Shown here: piece after piece, positions 1 through 9,511 of the stretch | Layout of the letters: each line of letters opens with the position of its first letter | How positions within the stretch are numbered: the stretch's first letter is position 1 | DNA from: an uncultured Actinomycetota bacterium | GTDB taxonomy: Bacteria; Actinomycetota; Actinomycetes; JACCUZ01 | Assembly: GCA_963807005.1 (NCBI GenBank) | Contig: CAWDZK010000005.1 | Span: 124,806 to 188,805 of the forward strand | DNA length: 64,000 nt | Direction: 5' to 3' | The notes under the pieces: model-generated | Databases searched by the model: none | Told to the model about the DNA's origin: nothing | Seen by the model: only the letters and a program-made list of their open reading frames with translations | Program-made: the position numbers and the translations under genes

Positions 1-1316
1 CCAGGTCGCTGCCGCTGGCGGTCCGGCTGGCGTTGCGGGACGCGGCCCGGCACCGCGGCCGGAGCGCGCCGGCGATGGCCGCGGTGCTCACCGCGGTCAC
101 CGGGAGCACCGCGCTGCTGCTGTACGTCGCCTCGCTGGACGCCCACGACCGGGACGCCTACCGACCGTCCTGGCCCACCCTCAGCGGCGGCGTCGCGCTG
201 ACCGACTTCACCTACGACCTCGCGACCGGGCAGGAGACCCGGACCCTCGTCGACCCCGCCCGCGTCCGGACGGCGATCGCGCCGTCGCTGCCGCCGTTCG
301 ACTCGAAGGTGGTCCGCGTCGTCGACGGCACGTGCACACAGGAGCCGGGTGAGGAGTACTGCACCCCCGCGTCCGCGACACCGGTCGTCCCGACGGAGAA
401 CGACTGCTTCGTCAACGCCCTGGACCGGCCGCCGACGACCGCGGAGAAGAACCGGGCCGAGCGGGACCCGCGGTGCACCGGGACCGAGCTGGAGATCAGC
501 GGCGGCTTCACGGGTACTCCCGTCGGCGGCCCGGACCTCCTGCGGGTCGTGACCCGCAAGCCGCCGTCGCGGGATGCGGCCGCGACGCTGGCTGCCGGCG
601 GGGTGGTGGTCTTCCGGCCAGAGCTCGTCGGCGCGGACGGCACCGTCACCTTCGACGTCGTCTCCGCCGAGGAGGCAGCAGCCGCCCAGCAGGAGAACCG
701 GGAGCCGACGTACACCCGGGTCACCCTCCCGGGCGCCTACCAGCAGGTCGACGCGCCCGCGGCCGAGGCGGTCTACAGCCCGGTCGCCGCGCGGCGGCTG
801 GGGCTGACGACCACCCCGTCCACCCTGCTGCTCCAGTTCCAGCGGGTGCCCACCACGGCCGAGCAGGAACGAGCCCAGCAGGCCCTGGGGGACGGGGGGA
901 TGTCGGTGTACCTCGGCGTGGAGCGCGGCTACGTCAGCGACTACGGCCTCGGTCTGCTGGCCCTCGTCGTCGGCGCCGCGATCATCACGCTGGGCTCGGC
1001 CGGCATCGCGACCGGGCTGGCCCAGGCCGACGCCCGCGCCGACCATGCGACTCTGGCGGCGGTCGGGGCAGCCCCACGGCTGCGACGACGGCTCGCGGCG
1101 GCGCAGGCACTGTCGATCTCGGTTCTCGGGACCGTGCTCGGAGTGGCCGCCGGCTTCGTGCCCGGGGCGGCCCTCCTCGGCGCCCTGCCCACCATCGACC
1201 TCGTGGTCCCGGTGTGGCAGCTCGTCGAGGTGCTGGTCCTCGTCCCGCTCCTCGCCGCCGGCGCCGCCTGGCTGCTCACCCGCTCCCGGGTGCCGCTCGA
1301 CCGGCGGATCGGATGA
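1..1316 (+). CDS. FtsX-like ABC transporter permease, C-terminal part (5' end outside window)
   Basis: Frame open from base 3 (..LPLAVRLALRDAARHRGRSAP..). C-terminal FtsX-type TM block with 'ADHATLAAVGAAPRLRRRLAAAQA' motif. Confidence 0.8.
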   Translation, partial: RSLPLAVRLALRDAARHRGRSAPAMAAVLTAVTGSTALLLYVASLDAHDRDAYRPSWPTLSGGVALTDFTYDLATGQETRTLVDPARVRTAIAPSLPPFDSKVVRVVDGTCTQEPGEEYCTPASATPVVPTENDCFVNALDRPPTTAEKNRAERDPRCTGTELEISGGFTGTPVGGPDLLRVVTRKPPSRDAAATLAAGGVVVFRPELVGADGTVTFDVVSAEEAAAAQQENREPTYTRVTLPGAYQQVDAPAAEAVYSPVAARRLGLTTTPSTLLLQFQRVPTTAEQERAQQALGDGGMSVYLGVERGYVSDYGLGLLALVVGAAIITLGSAGIATGLAQADARADHATLAAVGAAPRLRRRLAAAQALSISVLGTVLGVAAGFVPGAALLGALPTIDLVVPVWQLVEVLVLVPLLAAGAAWLLTRSRVPLDRRIG

Positions 1317-1401
1317 GGCCGTTGGACCTGCGCCGGGAGCAGCGCGCCGCCCGACGTCGCTCCCTGCAGGTGCTGGTGGAGCGCCGGCTGGAGCGGTGGG
1401 G

Positions 1402-2397
1402 TCAGCCGGCGAGGCGGCCCTTGGCCATCGCGTCGATCTCGAGCACCCGGCGCATGCCGACCGACTCGTAGAGCCGCAGCGCGCCGGTCACGTTGGCCAC
1501 GTCGACGTGCAGCAGGACGGCCTTCCGGCCGGCGCGCTGGGCCCGCGCGAAGCAGTCCCGGAGCAGCGCCTTCGCGACGCCCCGTCCCCTCCCGCTCGGC
1601 AGGACGCCGAGGGTGCGGACGTAGCCGGCGTCGTCCTCGGGCTCGAACTGGCGGGTGGTCACCAGCACGCCGAGCGGCTTCCCGTCGACCTCGGCCAGGA
1701 ACACCCTCGCCCAGTCGTCGCCGGCCCCGGTCAGTCGCTCGTGCCACCGCGCGTAGCTGCTCCGGACGTGACCGTAGTGCTCGACGAAGGACTCCTCCTC
1801 GACCTCGTGCGCCACCCGCAGTCCGGCACCGTCCTCGGCGCCGATCTCGCGTACGACAACGTCGGTGGGAGGTATCTCGACCGGAGCCTCCGGGTCCAGG
1901 TCGATCCGCATCCGGGTGAACGTGGTCCGCGCGTCGTAGCCGGCGGCGTCCAGCCACGACCTGGTGCGGGTGTCGGTCCGGTAGACGCCGGTCCCGAACC
2001 ACGGCACGCCGGCCCCCGCCTCGGACACCAGCTCCCGGCCGCGCGCCTCCAGCACGGCCAGCACGTGGTGCCCGAGGGCGGCGTCGTGCTCGGGGTGCAC
2101 GTACAGGTCCAGCTCCACCTGGTTGCTGTCGTCGGCGTGGTCGACCCACCCGTAGGCCTGCATCGCGCCCTCCTCGTCGTACCAGCCGTACGCCTCGACG
2201 CTCTCGCGGCGCAGATCGGCCTCGATGTCCTCGCGGGTGAAGTCGAGAAACCCCACGGCAGCGAGGTCGCTGGCGGCGAGCACGCGGCAGACGTCGTCGA
2301 GGTCGGCGACCGTGACCCGTCGGCGGGTCAGGGACGCGGCATCGGTCGGGGCATCGGTCGGGGCATCGGTCGGGGCATCGGTCGGGGCATCGGTCAT
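1402..2397 (-). CDS. Tandem GNAT-family N-acetyltransferase (MshD-like architecture)
   Basis: Acetyl-CoA motif 'LGVLPSGRGRGVAKALL' and 'VDVANVTGALRLYESVGM'. Start placed at ATG 2397 (MTDAP...). Confidence 0.85.
   Translation of the reverse strand: MTDAPTDAPTDAPTDAPTDAASLTRRRVTVADLDDVCRVLAASDLAAVGFLDFTREDIEADLRRESVEAYGWYDEEGAMQAYGWVDHADDSNQVELDLYVHPEHDAALGHHVLAVLEARGRELVSEAGAGVPWFGTGVYRTDTRTRSWLDAAGYDARTTFTRMRIDLDPEAPVEIPPTDVVVREIGAEDGAGLRVAHEVEEESFVEHYGHVRSSYARWHERLTGAGDDWARVFLAEVDGKPLGVLVTTRQFEPEDDAGYVRTLGVLPSGRGRGVAKALLRDCFARAQRAGRKAVLLHVDVANVTGALRLYESVGMRRVLEIDAMAKGRLAG
2338..2395. repeat. 12-bp tandem repeat (GGCATCGGTCGG, 4 full copies plus a 10-bp partial) encoding TDAP repeats at the GNAT N-terminus
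   Basis: Read directly in the sequence. Confidence 0.95.
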
Positions 2398-2471
2398 GGC
2401 GTCGAGGCTGCCAGCGACCACCGCCGGGGGTCCATCCGTTTCGCCGGCGGCAGGTGGGCGAGGATGGATCC

Positions 2472-3068
2472 ATGACGGAGCCGGACGAGCAGTCACAGCA
2501 GCCTCAGGTCGAGCAGGCACAGGAGCAGCGGGTCGTGATCGTCGGGCCCAACGGCATGGCCGTCGAGGCGGCCCCGGGTGCCGACGAGGTCGACGACCGG
2601 TCGGTCACCGACCTGGTGGACCAGCCGGCGAAGGTGATGCGGATCGGCAGCATGATCAAGCAGCTGCTGGAGGAGGTCCGCGCGTCCGACCTCGACGAGG
2701 CGAGCCGGGTCCGGCTCAAGGAGATCCACACCCGCTCGATCAAGGAGCTGGAGGAGGGCCTGGCGCCCGAGCTGGTCGAGGAGCTGGAGCGGATCTCGCT
2801 GCCGTTCACCGACGAGTCGGTGCCGTCCGAGGCCGAGCTGCGGGTGGCCCAGGCCCAGCTGGTCGGCTGGCTGGAGGGGCTGTTCCACGGCATCCAGACC
2901 GCACTGTTCGCCCAGCAGATGGCGGCGCGGGCGCAGTTCGAGGAGATGCGCCGACGGGCGCTGCCAGGAGGGTTGTCGATGCCGGGCGGCCCCGGCGGCC
3001 CGGGTGGCCCGGGTGGCATGGACGGCACCGACGACGGAACCGCCCACAACACCGGCCAGTACCTCTAG
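2472..3068 (+). CDS. bpa: Bacterial proteasome activator Bpa/PafE
   Basis: 'QPAKVMRIGSMIKQLLEEVR', 'ELRVAQAQLVGWLEGLFHGIQ' and the diagnostic C-terminal GQYL proteasome-docking motif. Confidence 0.95.
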   Translation: MTEPDEQSQQPQVEQAQEQRVVIVGPNGMAVEAAPGADEVDDRSVTDLVDQPAKVMRIGSMIKQLLEEVRASDLDEASRVRLKEIHTRSIKELEEGLAPELVEELERISLPFTDESVPSEAELRVAQAQLVGWLEGLFHGIQTALFAQQMAARAQFEEMRRRALPGGLSMPGGPGGPGGPGGMDGTDDGTAHNTGQYL

Positions 3069-3146
3069 CCCCCCCGCCGAGTGGTGGGTTGGGCACCCGA
3101 AATGCCCGATCCGTCCTGCGCAACCCACCACTCGGCGGACGGGGGG
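3069..3146. terminator. Long hairpin between convergent bpa and HAD genes (bidirectional terminator or REP-like element)
   Basis: Perfect 18-bp inverted repeat CCGCCGAGTGGTGGGTTG (3074-3091) / CAACCCACCACTCGGCGG (3121-3138), flanked by a C run and a G run. Confidence 0.7.
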
Positions 3147-3193
3147 AGGGCGGCGCGGGGGAGCGGGGGGCAGCGGGAGGGCGGTGCGTGGGG

Positions 3194-3991
3194 TCAGAGG
3201 GAGTAGAGCTCCTCGAGGACGCGGGCGACGCCGTCCTGCTCGGGCGGGTCGACCAGCCGGGTGACCGCGGCGCGCACCTCGGGGTGACCGTCGGCCACGC
3301 CGTACGCCAGGCCGGCCCAGGCGAGCATGGGCAGGTCGTTGGGCATGTCGCCGAACGCCACCACGTCGGCCGCCCGCACCCCGCGGGAGGCGGCGAACCG
3401 GGCCAGACCGGTGGCCTTGGACACCCCGGCCGCTGAGATCTCGAGCAGCGCGGTCGTCGAGGAGTGCGTCAGCTCGACCAGGTCGCCCACCACCTCGCGG
3501 GCAGCGGCGAGCAGGTCGTCCGGTCCCATCGCCTCGTGCCGGGCCAGCAGCTTGAGCGCCGGCCCGTTCCACAGCTGCTCCAGCGGCGCGACCGCCCGCT
3601 GCTGCCCCGCGTCCCAGCGCGCGAGGTACGCCGGCTCGTGGCTGAACCCCTCCAGCGTCTCCAGCGCGAAGGTCACGTCCGGCAGCGCCTCCCGCAGCCG
3701 GCGGGCGACCTCGAGCCCGACCTCCACCGGGATCGGGTCGTGCGAGACGACCTGCTCGGTGTGCAGGTCGTACAGCGCTGCACCGTTCGCACACACCGCC
3801 AGCCCGGTGTGGCCGATCCGCTCGGCGACGTCGGCCATCCAGCGGGCGGGCCGACCGGTGACCATGACCACGGGTACGCCGAGCGCCTCCACCGCTCGCA
3901 GCGCCGCGACGGTGCGGTCGGACACGGTGCCGTCCCGGCACACCACGGTGCCGTCGAGGTCGGTGGCGACGAGACGGGGCGGTGGACGCAC
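3194..3991 (-). CDS. Cof-type HAD superfamily hydrolase (IIB)
   Basis: Motif I 'LVATDLDGT', 'TGRP', 'SKATGL', motif IV 'FGDMPNDLPML'. Confidence 0.92.
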   Translation of the reverse strand: MRPPPRLVATDLDGTVVCRDGTVSDRTVAALRAVEALGVPVVMVTGRPARWMADVAERIGHTGLAVCANGAALYDLHTEQVVSHDPIPVEVGLEVARRLREALPDVTFALETLEGFSHEPAYLARWDAGQQRAVAPLEQLWNGPALKLLARHEAMGPDDLLAAAREVVGDLVELTHSSTTALLEISAAGVSKATGLARFAASRGVRAADVVAFGDMPNDLPMLAWAGLAYGVADGHPEVRAAVTRLVDPPEQDGVARVLEELYSL

Positions 3992-4077
3992 GGGACGATC
4001 CTCCCCCGAGACCCTTCCTGCGGTGGTGCCCACCCCACTAGCGTCGGTGGCAGCCCTGACCAGCCAAGGAGGCCCCG

Positions 4078-5442
4078 GTGGCGGACCAGCACAAGTACCT
4101 GCTCGACGAGTCCGAGATGCCGACGCGTTGGTACAACATCATCCCGGACCTGCCGTCGCCGCCACCGCCGCCGCTGCACCCCGCCACCCACCAGCCGGTC
4201 GGGCCGGACGACCTCGCCCCGCTGTTCCCGATGGACCTGATCCTGCAGGAGGTCAGCACGGACAGCTACGTCGACATCCCGGACGAGGTCCAGGACGTCT
4301 ACCGGCTCTGGCGGCCGTCGCCACTGTTCCGCGCGCACCGGCTGGAGAAGGCGCTCGGGACCCCGGCGAGGATCTACTACAAGTACGAGGGGGTGTCCCC
4401 GGCCGGCTCGCACAAGCCCAACACCGCCGTCCCGCAGGCCTTCTACAACAAGAAGTCCGGCGTCACGCGGCTCACCACCGAGACCGGCGCGGGCCAGTGG
4501 GGCACGGCGCTGGCGTTCGCCTGCGCGGTGTTCGGCCTGGACTGCGAGGTCTGGCAGGTCGGTGCCTCGTACGACAGCAAGCCGTACCGCAAGTCGGTGA
4601 TGGAGACGTTCGGGGCGACGGTCCACCGCAGCCCGTCCGAGCTCACCGAGTCCGGCCGCAAGGCCCTCGAGGACGCGGCCAACCACTCCGGCAGCCTCGG
4701 CATCGCGATCAGCGAGGCGGTCGAGGCAGCGGTCGGCGACGAGACGGCGCACTACGCGCTCGGCAGCGTGCTCAACCACGTGCTGCTGCACCAGACGGTG
4801 ATCGGCGAGGAGGCGCTGCTGCAGATGGCCAAGGCCGGCGACTCCCCCGACCTGATCGTCGGCTGCACCGGCGGTGGCTCCAACTTCGCCGGGCTCGCCT
4901 TCCCGTTCCTGCGCGAGAAGATGGCCGGGAAGATGTCCCCGACCATCCGCGCGGTCGAGCCGGCGTCGTGCCCCTCGCTGACCCGCGGCGTCTACGCCTA
5001 CGACTACGGCGACACCGCCGGCTTCACGCCGCTGATGAAGATGCACACGCTCGGCCACGACTTCATCCCCGACCCGATCCACGCCGGCGGCCTGCGCTAC
5101 CACGGCATGAGCCCGCTGATCTCGCACGTGTACGAGCTCGGCCTGATGGAGGCCATCGCCGTGCCGCAGACGGAGTGCTTCGCCGCGGCGCTGCAGTTCG
5201 CGCGGGCCGAGGGCATCGTCCCCGCACCGGAGCCCACGCACGCGCTCGCCGCCTGCATCCGGGAGGCGCTGGCGTGCAAGGAGACCGGCGAGGAGAAGGT
5301 GATCCTCACTGCGCTCTGCGGGCACGGCCACTTCGACATGGCCGCGTACGACGCCTACCTCGGCGGCAGAATGGTCGACGAGGTGGTCTCCGACGAGCGG
5401 TTCGCCGATCCGCTGACGCGGCTGCCGCAGATCGACGGCTAG
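4078..5442 (+). CDS. trpB2: TrpB2-type tryptophan synthase beta-like PLP enzyme
   Basis: 'GSHKPNTA' PLP lysine, 'TETGAGQWG', 'GGGSNFAG', 'HAGGLRYHG'. RBS AAGGAGG upstream. No trpA nearby. Confidence 0.92.
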   Translation: MADQHKYLLDESEMPTRWYNIIPDLPSPPPPPLHPATHQPVGPDDLAPLFPMDLILQEVSTDSYVDIPDEVQDVYRLWRPSPLFRAHRLEKALGTPARIYYKYEGVSPAGSHKPNTAVPQAFYNKKSGVTRLTTETGAGQWGTALAFACAVFGLDCEVWQVGASYDSKPYRKSVMETFGATVHRSPSELTESGRKALEDAANHSGSLGIAISEAVEAAVGDETAHYALGSVLNHVLLHQTVIGEEALLQMAKAGDSPDLIVGCTGGGSNFAGLAFPFLREKMAGKMSPTIRAVEPASCPSLTRGVYAYDYGDTAGFTPLMKMHTLGHDFIPDPIHAGGLRYHGMSPLISHVYELGLMEAIAVPQTECFAAALQFARAEGIVPAPEPTHALAACIREALACKETGEEKVILTALCGHGHFDMAAYDAYLGGRMVDEVVSDERFADPLTRLPQIDG

Positions 5443-6531
5443 CCGAGCAGCCCGGCCACCAGCTCACGGACCTCGGCCGGCGTCCAGGCCGTCGTCGCGT
5501 CGCCGACCGTGAGCTCGACCCGTACCCATCCAGGCACCCCGGTCGCGATGGTGCCCGGCCAGCTGAAGACGCCGCGGTCCCGCGCGACCGTGCGCATCCG
5601 TCGGCTGATCTCGACGTCCTCGCCCCGGAGCAGCAGGTGCATCATCGCGGTCTGCGGAGGGTCCGGCACGACCCGGAGACCGGCCAGCCCGGCCAGCCCC
5701 GCCGCGATCGCCCGGGCGTGGGCGACGTACGCCGGCATCCGTGGACCGCGCAGCCGCAGCCCCGCGCAGGCCGGCCGCCGCGTAGGGCCACAGGCCGAAC
5801 AGCGTGCCGCCGTGCCGGTGGCGCCACTCGCGGGCCTCGGCCACCAGCTGCTCCTCCCCGGCCAGGACGCAGCCGGCGACGCCGCCGAGGCCCTTGTAGA
5901 GGGAGAGGTAGACCGAGTCGAACAGCGACGCGACCTCGGCCGCGTCGCGCTGGTAGAAGGGCAGTGACTCGAGCAGCCGGGCGCCGTCCAGGTGCGTGGC
6001 GGTGCCGTGCGAACGGGCCAGCTCGGTCTGCGCGACGAGGTCGTCCCAGTCGGGCAGCCGTCCCCCGATCTCGCGCTGCGGCAGCTCGAGCAGCAGCACG
6101 GCGGCGTACTCGGCCACCCCGTCCAGGTCGTCGACGGTGATCAGCTCGGTGGGTGTGCCGACCGGACGACCGTGCAGGCCGTGCAGCCGCTCGGCGGCCT
6201 GGTCCTCCCACAGCGCGAGGTGGCAGGTGGGGTGCCACAGGACGGTCCGCCGGCCGGTCCGGTCGGCGTGCACCCGCAACGCGATCTGCTGGGCCATGGT
6301 GCCGCTGGGCATGACGACGGCAGCGGGCTTGCCGAGCAGCCCGGCGACCTCCGCCTCCAGCTCGGCGACGACCCCGCCCGTCCCGTATCGGTCGGACTCG
6401 ACCTCGCCGAGCACCTCGTGCACCTCGGCGAGCACCTCGGCCGGGCTGCGCCGTCCGTGCCCGGCCAGGAAGCGGGTGCAGCCGCCCCGGAGCTCCTCCA
6501 CCGGCACGTCCATGACGTCGGGGGCGTCCAC
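5439..6531 (-). pseudogene. Threonine aldolase / beta-eliminating lyase family PLP enzyme with an apparent 1-bp insertion (probably an intact gene with a sequencing indel)
   Basis: 'MPSGTMAQQIAL', 'HLDGARL', 'SLYKGLGG'. The frame switches near the CCCC run at 5760-5763; removing one base joins it to 'MPAYVAHARAIA...'. Confidence 0.8.
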
Positions 6532-6544
6532 GACGGCCAGCCGC

Positions 6545-7813
6545 CTAGGCCTTGGCGACCGGCTCGAGGACCTCGAGGCCGCCCATGAACGGCCGCAACG
6601 CCTGCGGCACCACGACCGAGCCGTCCGCCTGCTGGTGGTTCTCCAGGATCGCCACGATCCAGCGGGTGGTGGCCAGCGTGCCGTTGAGCGTGGCCAGCGG
6701 ACGGGTGCCGTCGGCGTCACGCAGCCGCACCCGCAACCGCCGCGCCTGGAACGTCGTGCAGTTCGACGTCGAGGTCAGCTCGCGGTACCGGCCCTGGGTC
6801 GGAACCCACGCCTCGCAGTCGTACTTGCGCGCGGCCGACCCGCCGAGGTCACCCGCCGCCACGTCGATGACGCGGTAGGGCAGCTCGACCTTGGCGAGCA
6901 TCTCCTTCTCCCAGGCCAGCAGCCGTTGGTGCTCGGCAGCCGCGTCGGCCGGGTCGCAGTAGGAGAACATCTCGATCTTGTCGAACTGGTGCACCCGGAT
7001 GATCCCGCGGGTGTCCTTGCCGTAGGAACCGGCCTCCTTGCGGAAGCAGGTCGACCAGCCGGCGTACCGCAGCGGCAACCGGTCGGCGTCGATGACCTCG
7101 TCCATGTGGTACGCCGCCAGCGGCACCTCGGAGGTGCCGACGAGGTAGAGGTCCTCCTCCGGCAGGTGGTAGACGTTCTCAGCGGCCTGGGCCAGGAAGC
7201 CGGTGCCCTCCATCGCCTCCGGCTTGACCAGCACCGGCGGTATGACGGGCACGAACCCGGCCGCGGTCGCCTGGGCCATCGCGAGGTTGAGCATCGCCAG
7301 CTGGAGCTGGGCACCGACGCCGGTGAGGTAGTAGAACCGGGCCCCCGAGACCTTGGCGCCTCGCTCGCTGTCGATCGCCCCGAGCCGCTGCCCGAGCTCG
7401 AGATGGTCCAGCGGGGCGAAGTCGAGCTCACGCGGCTCGCCGACCTGCTCCAGCACGACGTAGTCGTCCTCGCCGCCGGCAGGGACCCCGGGCTCGGCGA
7501 CGTTGGACAGCCGGCCCATCAGCGCGGTGAACTCGGCCAGCGCCGTGGCCGAGCCGGCCTCGGCCCGCTTGACCTCGGCCGACAGGTCCTTGGTGCGGAC
7601 GAGCAGCGCCTCTTTCGCGTCGCCGGAGGCCTGCGCGACCTGGCGACCGAGGTCCTTCTGCTCCGCGCGGGCCCGCTCGTAGACGACGATGGCGGCGCGG
7701 CGGCGCTCATCAGCAGCCAGGACGGCGTCGACGAGCCCGGCGTCCTCTCCCCGCGCACGCTGGGAGGCGCGCACGGCCTCGGGGTCGTCCCGCAACTGCT
7801 TGAGGTCCAGCAC
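6545..7813 (-). CDS. serS: Serine--tRNA ligase
   Basis: N-terminal coiled coil, 'GTSEVPL', '[27 protein letters not shown]', '[15 protein letters not shown]', 'TLNGT'. Confidence 0.98.
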   Translation of the reverse strand: MLDLKQLRDDPEAVRASQRARGEDAGLVDAVLAADERRRAAIVVYERARAEQKDLGRQVAQASGDAKEALLVRTKDLSAEVKRAEAGSATALAEFTALMGRLSNVAEPGVPAGGEDDYVVLEQVGEPRELDFAPLDHLELGQRLGAIDSERGAKVSGARFYYLTGVGAQLQLAMLNLAMAQATAAGFVPVIPPVLVKPEAMEGTGFLAQAAENVYHLPEEDLYLVGTSEVPLAAYHMDEVIDADRLPLRYAGWSTCFRKEAGSYGKDTRGIIRVHQFDKIEMFSYCDPADAAAEHQRLLAWEKEMLAKVELPYRVIDVAAGDLGGSAARKYDCEAWVPTQGRYRELTSTSNCTTFQARRLRVRLRDADGTRPLATLNGTLATTRWIVAILENHQQADGSVVVPQALRPFMGGLEVLEPVAKA

Positions 7814-7819
7814 CCGGCG

Positions 7820-7825
7820 AGCGTA
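7820..7825 (-). promoter_or_regulatory. Candidate -10 element (TACGCT) for leaderless serS
   Basis: TANNNT hexamer 6 nt upstream of the GTG start, no Shine-Dalgarno. Confidence 0.55.
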
Positions 7826-7896
7826 TCCAGCGGGTGCGGCGGCCCACCAATGACTACTCTCGCGGGCAACCGGCCCGAACCGACGAGGGGATCACC

Positions 7897-8619
7897 GTGC
7901 GCAGCTCCCTCTTCTCCCAGGAGTACCTCGAGGCCACCACCGCCGACGGGTTCGGGCTGCAGAACTCCAAGATGCTCAAGGTGACCCTCGCCGGCGGCAC
8001 GATCCTGGCGCGGCAGGGCTCGATGGTCGCCTTCCAGGGGGAGGTCTCCTTCGACTACCAGTCGGCCGGCGGCATCGGGAAGATGCTGAAGAAGGCGGTC
8101 ACCGGCGAGGGACTGGACCTCATGCGGGTGACCGGCACCGGAGACGTCTTCTTCGCCGACCTCGCGGCCGACGTGCACGTGATCGAGCTGGACGGCACCG
8201 ACGGGATCTCGGTCAACGGCGCCAGCGTGCTGGCCTTCGAGTCGACCCTGCAGTGGGACATCAAGATGATCGGCAACGCCGGGATGATCGGTGGTGGGCT
8301 GTTCAACACCTACGTCACCGGCACCGGCCGGATCGCGATCACCACGCGGGGGACGCCGGTCGTGCTCACCGTCGATGCGCCGACCTTCGTCGACACCGAT
8401 GCCGTGGTCGCCTGGTCCGCGTCGCTGCAGACCTCGCTGCGCTCCAGCGGCTTCAAGCCGATGTCGCTGGTCCGCGGCTCCGGGGAGGCGTTCCAGCTCG
8501 GTTTCGCCGGCCAGGGCTTCGTCGTGGTGCAGCCCAGCGAGAACCCGGTGCGCGGTGGTGGTGGCGGCCAGCAAGGCGGGGGCGGCATCGGCGGGATGCT
8601 GGGCAAGCTCGGGGGCTGA
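7897..8619 (+). CDS. AIM24 family protein
   Basis: 'ARQGSMVAFQG', 'TGEGLDLMRVTGTGDVFFAD', 'FVDTDAVVAWS', 'GEAFQLGFAGQGFVVVQPSE'. RBS GAGGGG before GTG 7897. Confidence 0.85.
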   Translation: MRSSLFSQEYLEATTADGFGLQNSKMLKVTLAGGTILARQGSMVAFQGEVSFDYQSAGGIGKMLKKAVTGEGLDLMRVTGTGDVFFADLAADVHVIELDGTDGISVNGASVLAFESTLQWDIKMIGNAGMIGGGLFNTYVTGTGRIAITTRGTPVVLTVDAPTFVDTDAVVAWSASLQTSLRSSGFKPMSLVRGSGEAFQLGFAGQGFVVVQPSENPVRGGGGGQQGGGGIGGMLGKLGG

Positions 8620-8620
8620 G

Positions 8621-9451
8621 GTGGCGGCGCGCTTGTGGCGGCGCCGATCGGGGTACGGACGCGGCGTGCGCAGCGCCCTGTACCGGTCCGTCGAGGACCG
8701 CAAGCCCGCCGAGGAGCCTCGCCGCGGGCTGGCCGCCCGCCTGGCGCTCGGCGGAGGGGTCGCCGTGCTGGTCTCGGTCCCGATGGTCCTGCTGCTGCTG
8801 CTCGTCGAGTCGTCCTGGCAGCCGCTGGAGGACCTGGACCGGTCCACGGCCGACGCGCTCAACACGCTCGCCCGCAGTGAGGGCTGGCTCGTCCGGGCGC
8901 TGGACGTCGTCGCCGTGGTGCTGGCGCCGTGGACGTTCCGCGTGGTCGTGCTCGGCGTGGCCGTGTGGCTCTGGCGCCGCGAGGCGCGGCGGCTGGCCGC
9001 CTGGGCCGTGGTCACGATGGCGATCGGCGGCGGGCTCGGCGTCGTCCTCAAGCTGGTCGTGGCGCGGGCCCGCCCCGAGCTCCCCGAGCCGGTGGCACAG
9101 GCCAGTGGCTACAGCTTCCCGAGCGGCCATGCACTCAACTCCATGCTCGGCGTCGGAGTCCTGATCCTGGTGTTCCTGCCGGTGCTGACCCGGGCCGGAC
9201 GCACGCTGGCCGCCGCCGCCGGGGCGGCGGTCGTCCTGCTGGTGGGATTCGACCGGACAGGTCTGGGCGTGCACTTCGTCAGCGACGTCCTCGCCGGCTG
9301 GGTCGTGGCACTGGCCGTGCTCGCGGGGACGGCCACCGGGTTCGAGGTCTGGCGGCGCGAGCAAGGCCGGCGGCCGTCCACCGTCGCCGAGGGCCTCGAG
9401 CCGGAGGCCGCTCCAGAGATGACGGAGCGGCCGAGCCCACCACAGCGCTGA
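8621..9451 (+). CDS. PAP2-family membrane phosphatase
   Basis: 'KLVVARARP', 'SFPSGHA', 'DRTGLGVHFVSDV'. Start uncertain. Confidence 0.85.
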   Translation: MAARLWRRRSGYGRGVRSALYRSVEDRKPAEEPRRGLAARLALGGGVAVLVSVPMVLLLLLVESSWQPLEDLDRSTADALNTLARSEGWLVRALDVVAVVLAPWTFRVVVLGVAVWLWRREARRLAAWAVVTMAIGGGLGVVLKLVVARARPELPEPVAQASGYSFPSGHALNSMLGVGVLILVFLPVLTRAGRTLAAAAGAAVVLLVGFDRTGLGVHFVSDVLAGWVVALAVLAGTATGFEVWRREQGRRPSTVAEGLEPEAAPEMTERPSPPQR

Positions 9452-9511
9452 CGCCTGCGACCCTGCCCCCGCCGACACCTCGTCGGTGCCGAGAAAGCGA
9501 GACTCCCTGCC

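Noticed and set aside
2338-2395. Tandem repeat as a CRISPR array
   Set aside because: 12-bp units with no spacers, in-frame inside a CDS, and no cas genes.
1402-2397. GNAT as mycothiol synthase mshD
   Set aside because: Tandem GNAT architecture only. I could not identify MshD-specific motifs.
6545-7900. Expected tRNA-Ser near serS
   Set aside because: I found no cloverleaf or T-loop (GTTCGA) tRNA signature in the intergenic gaps.
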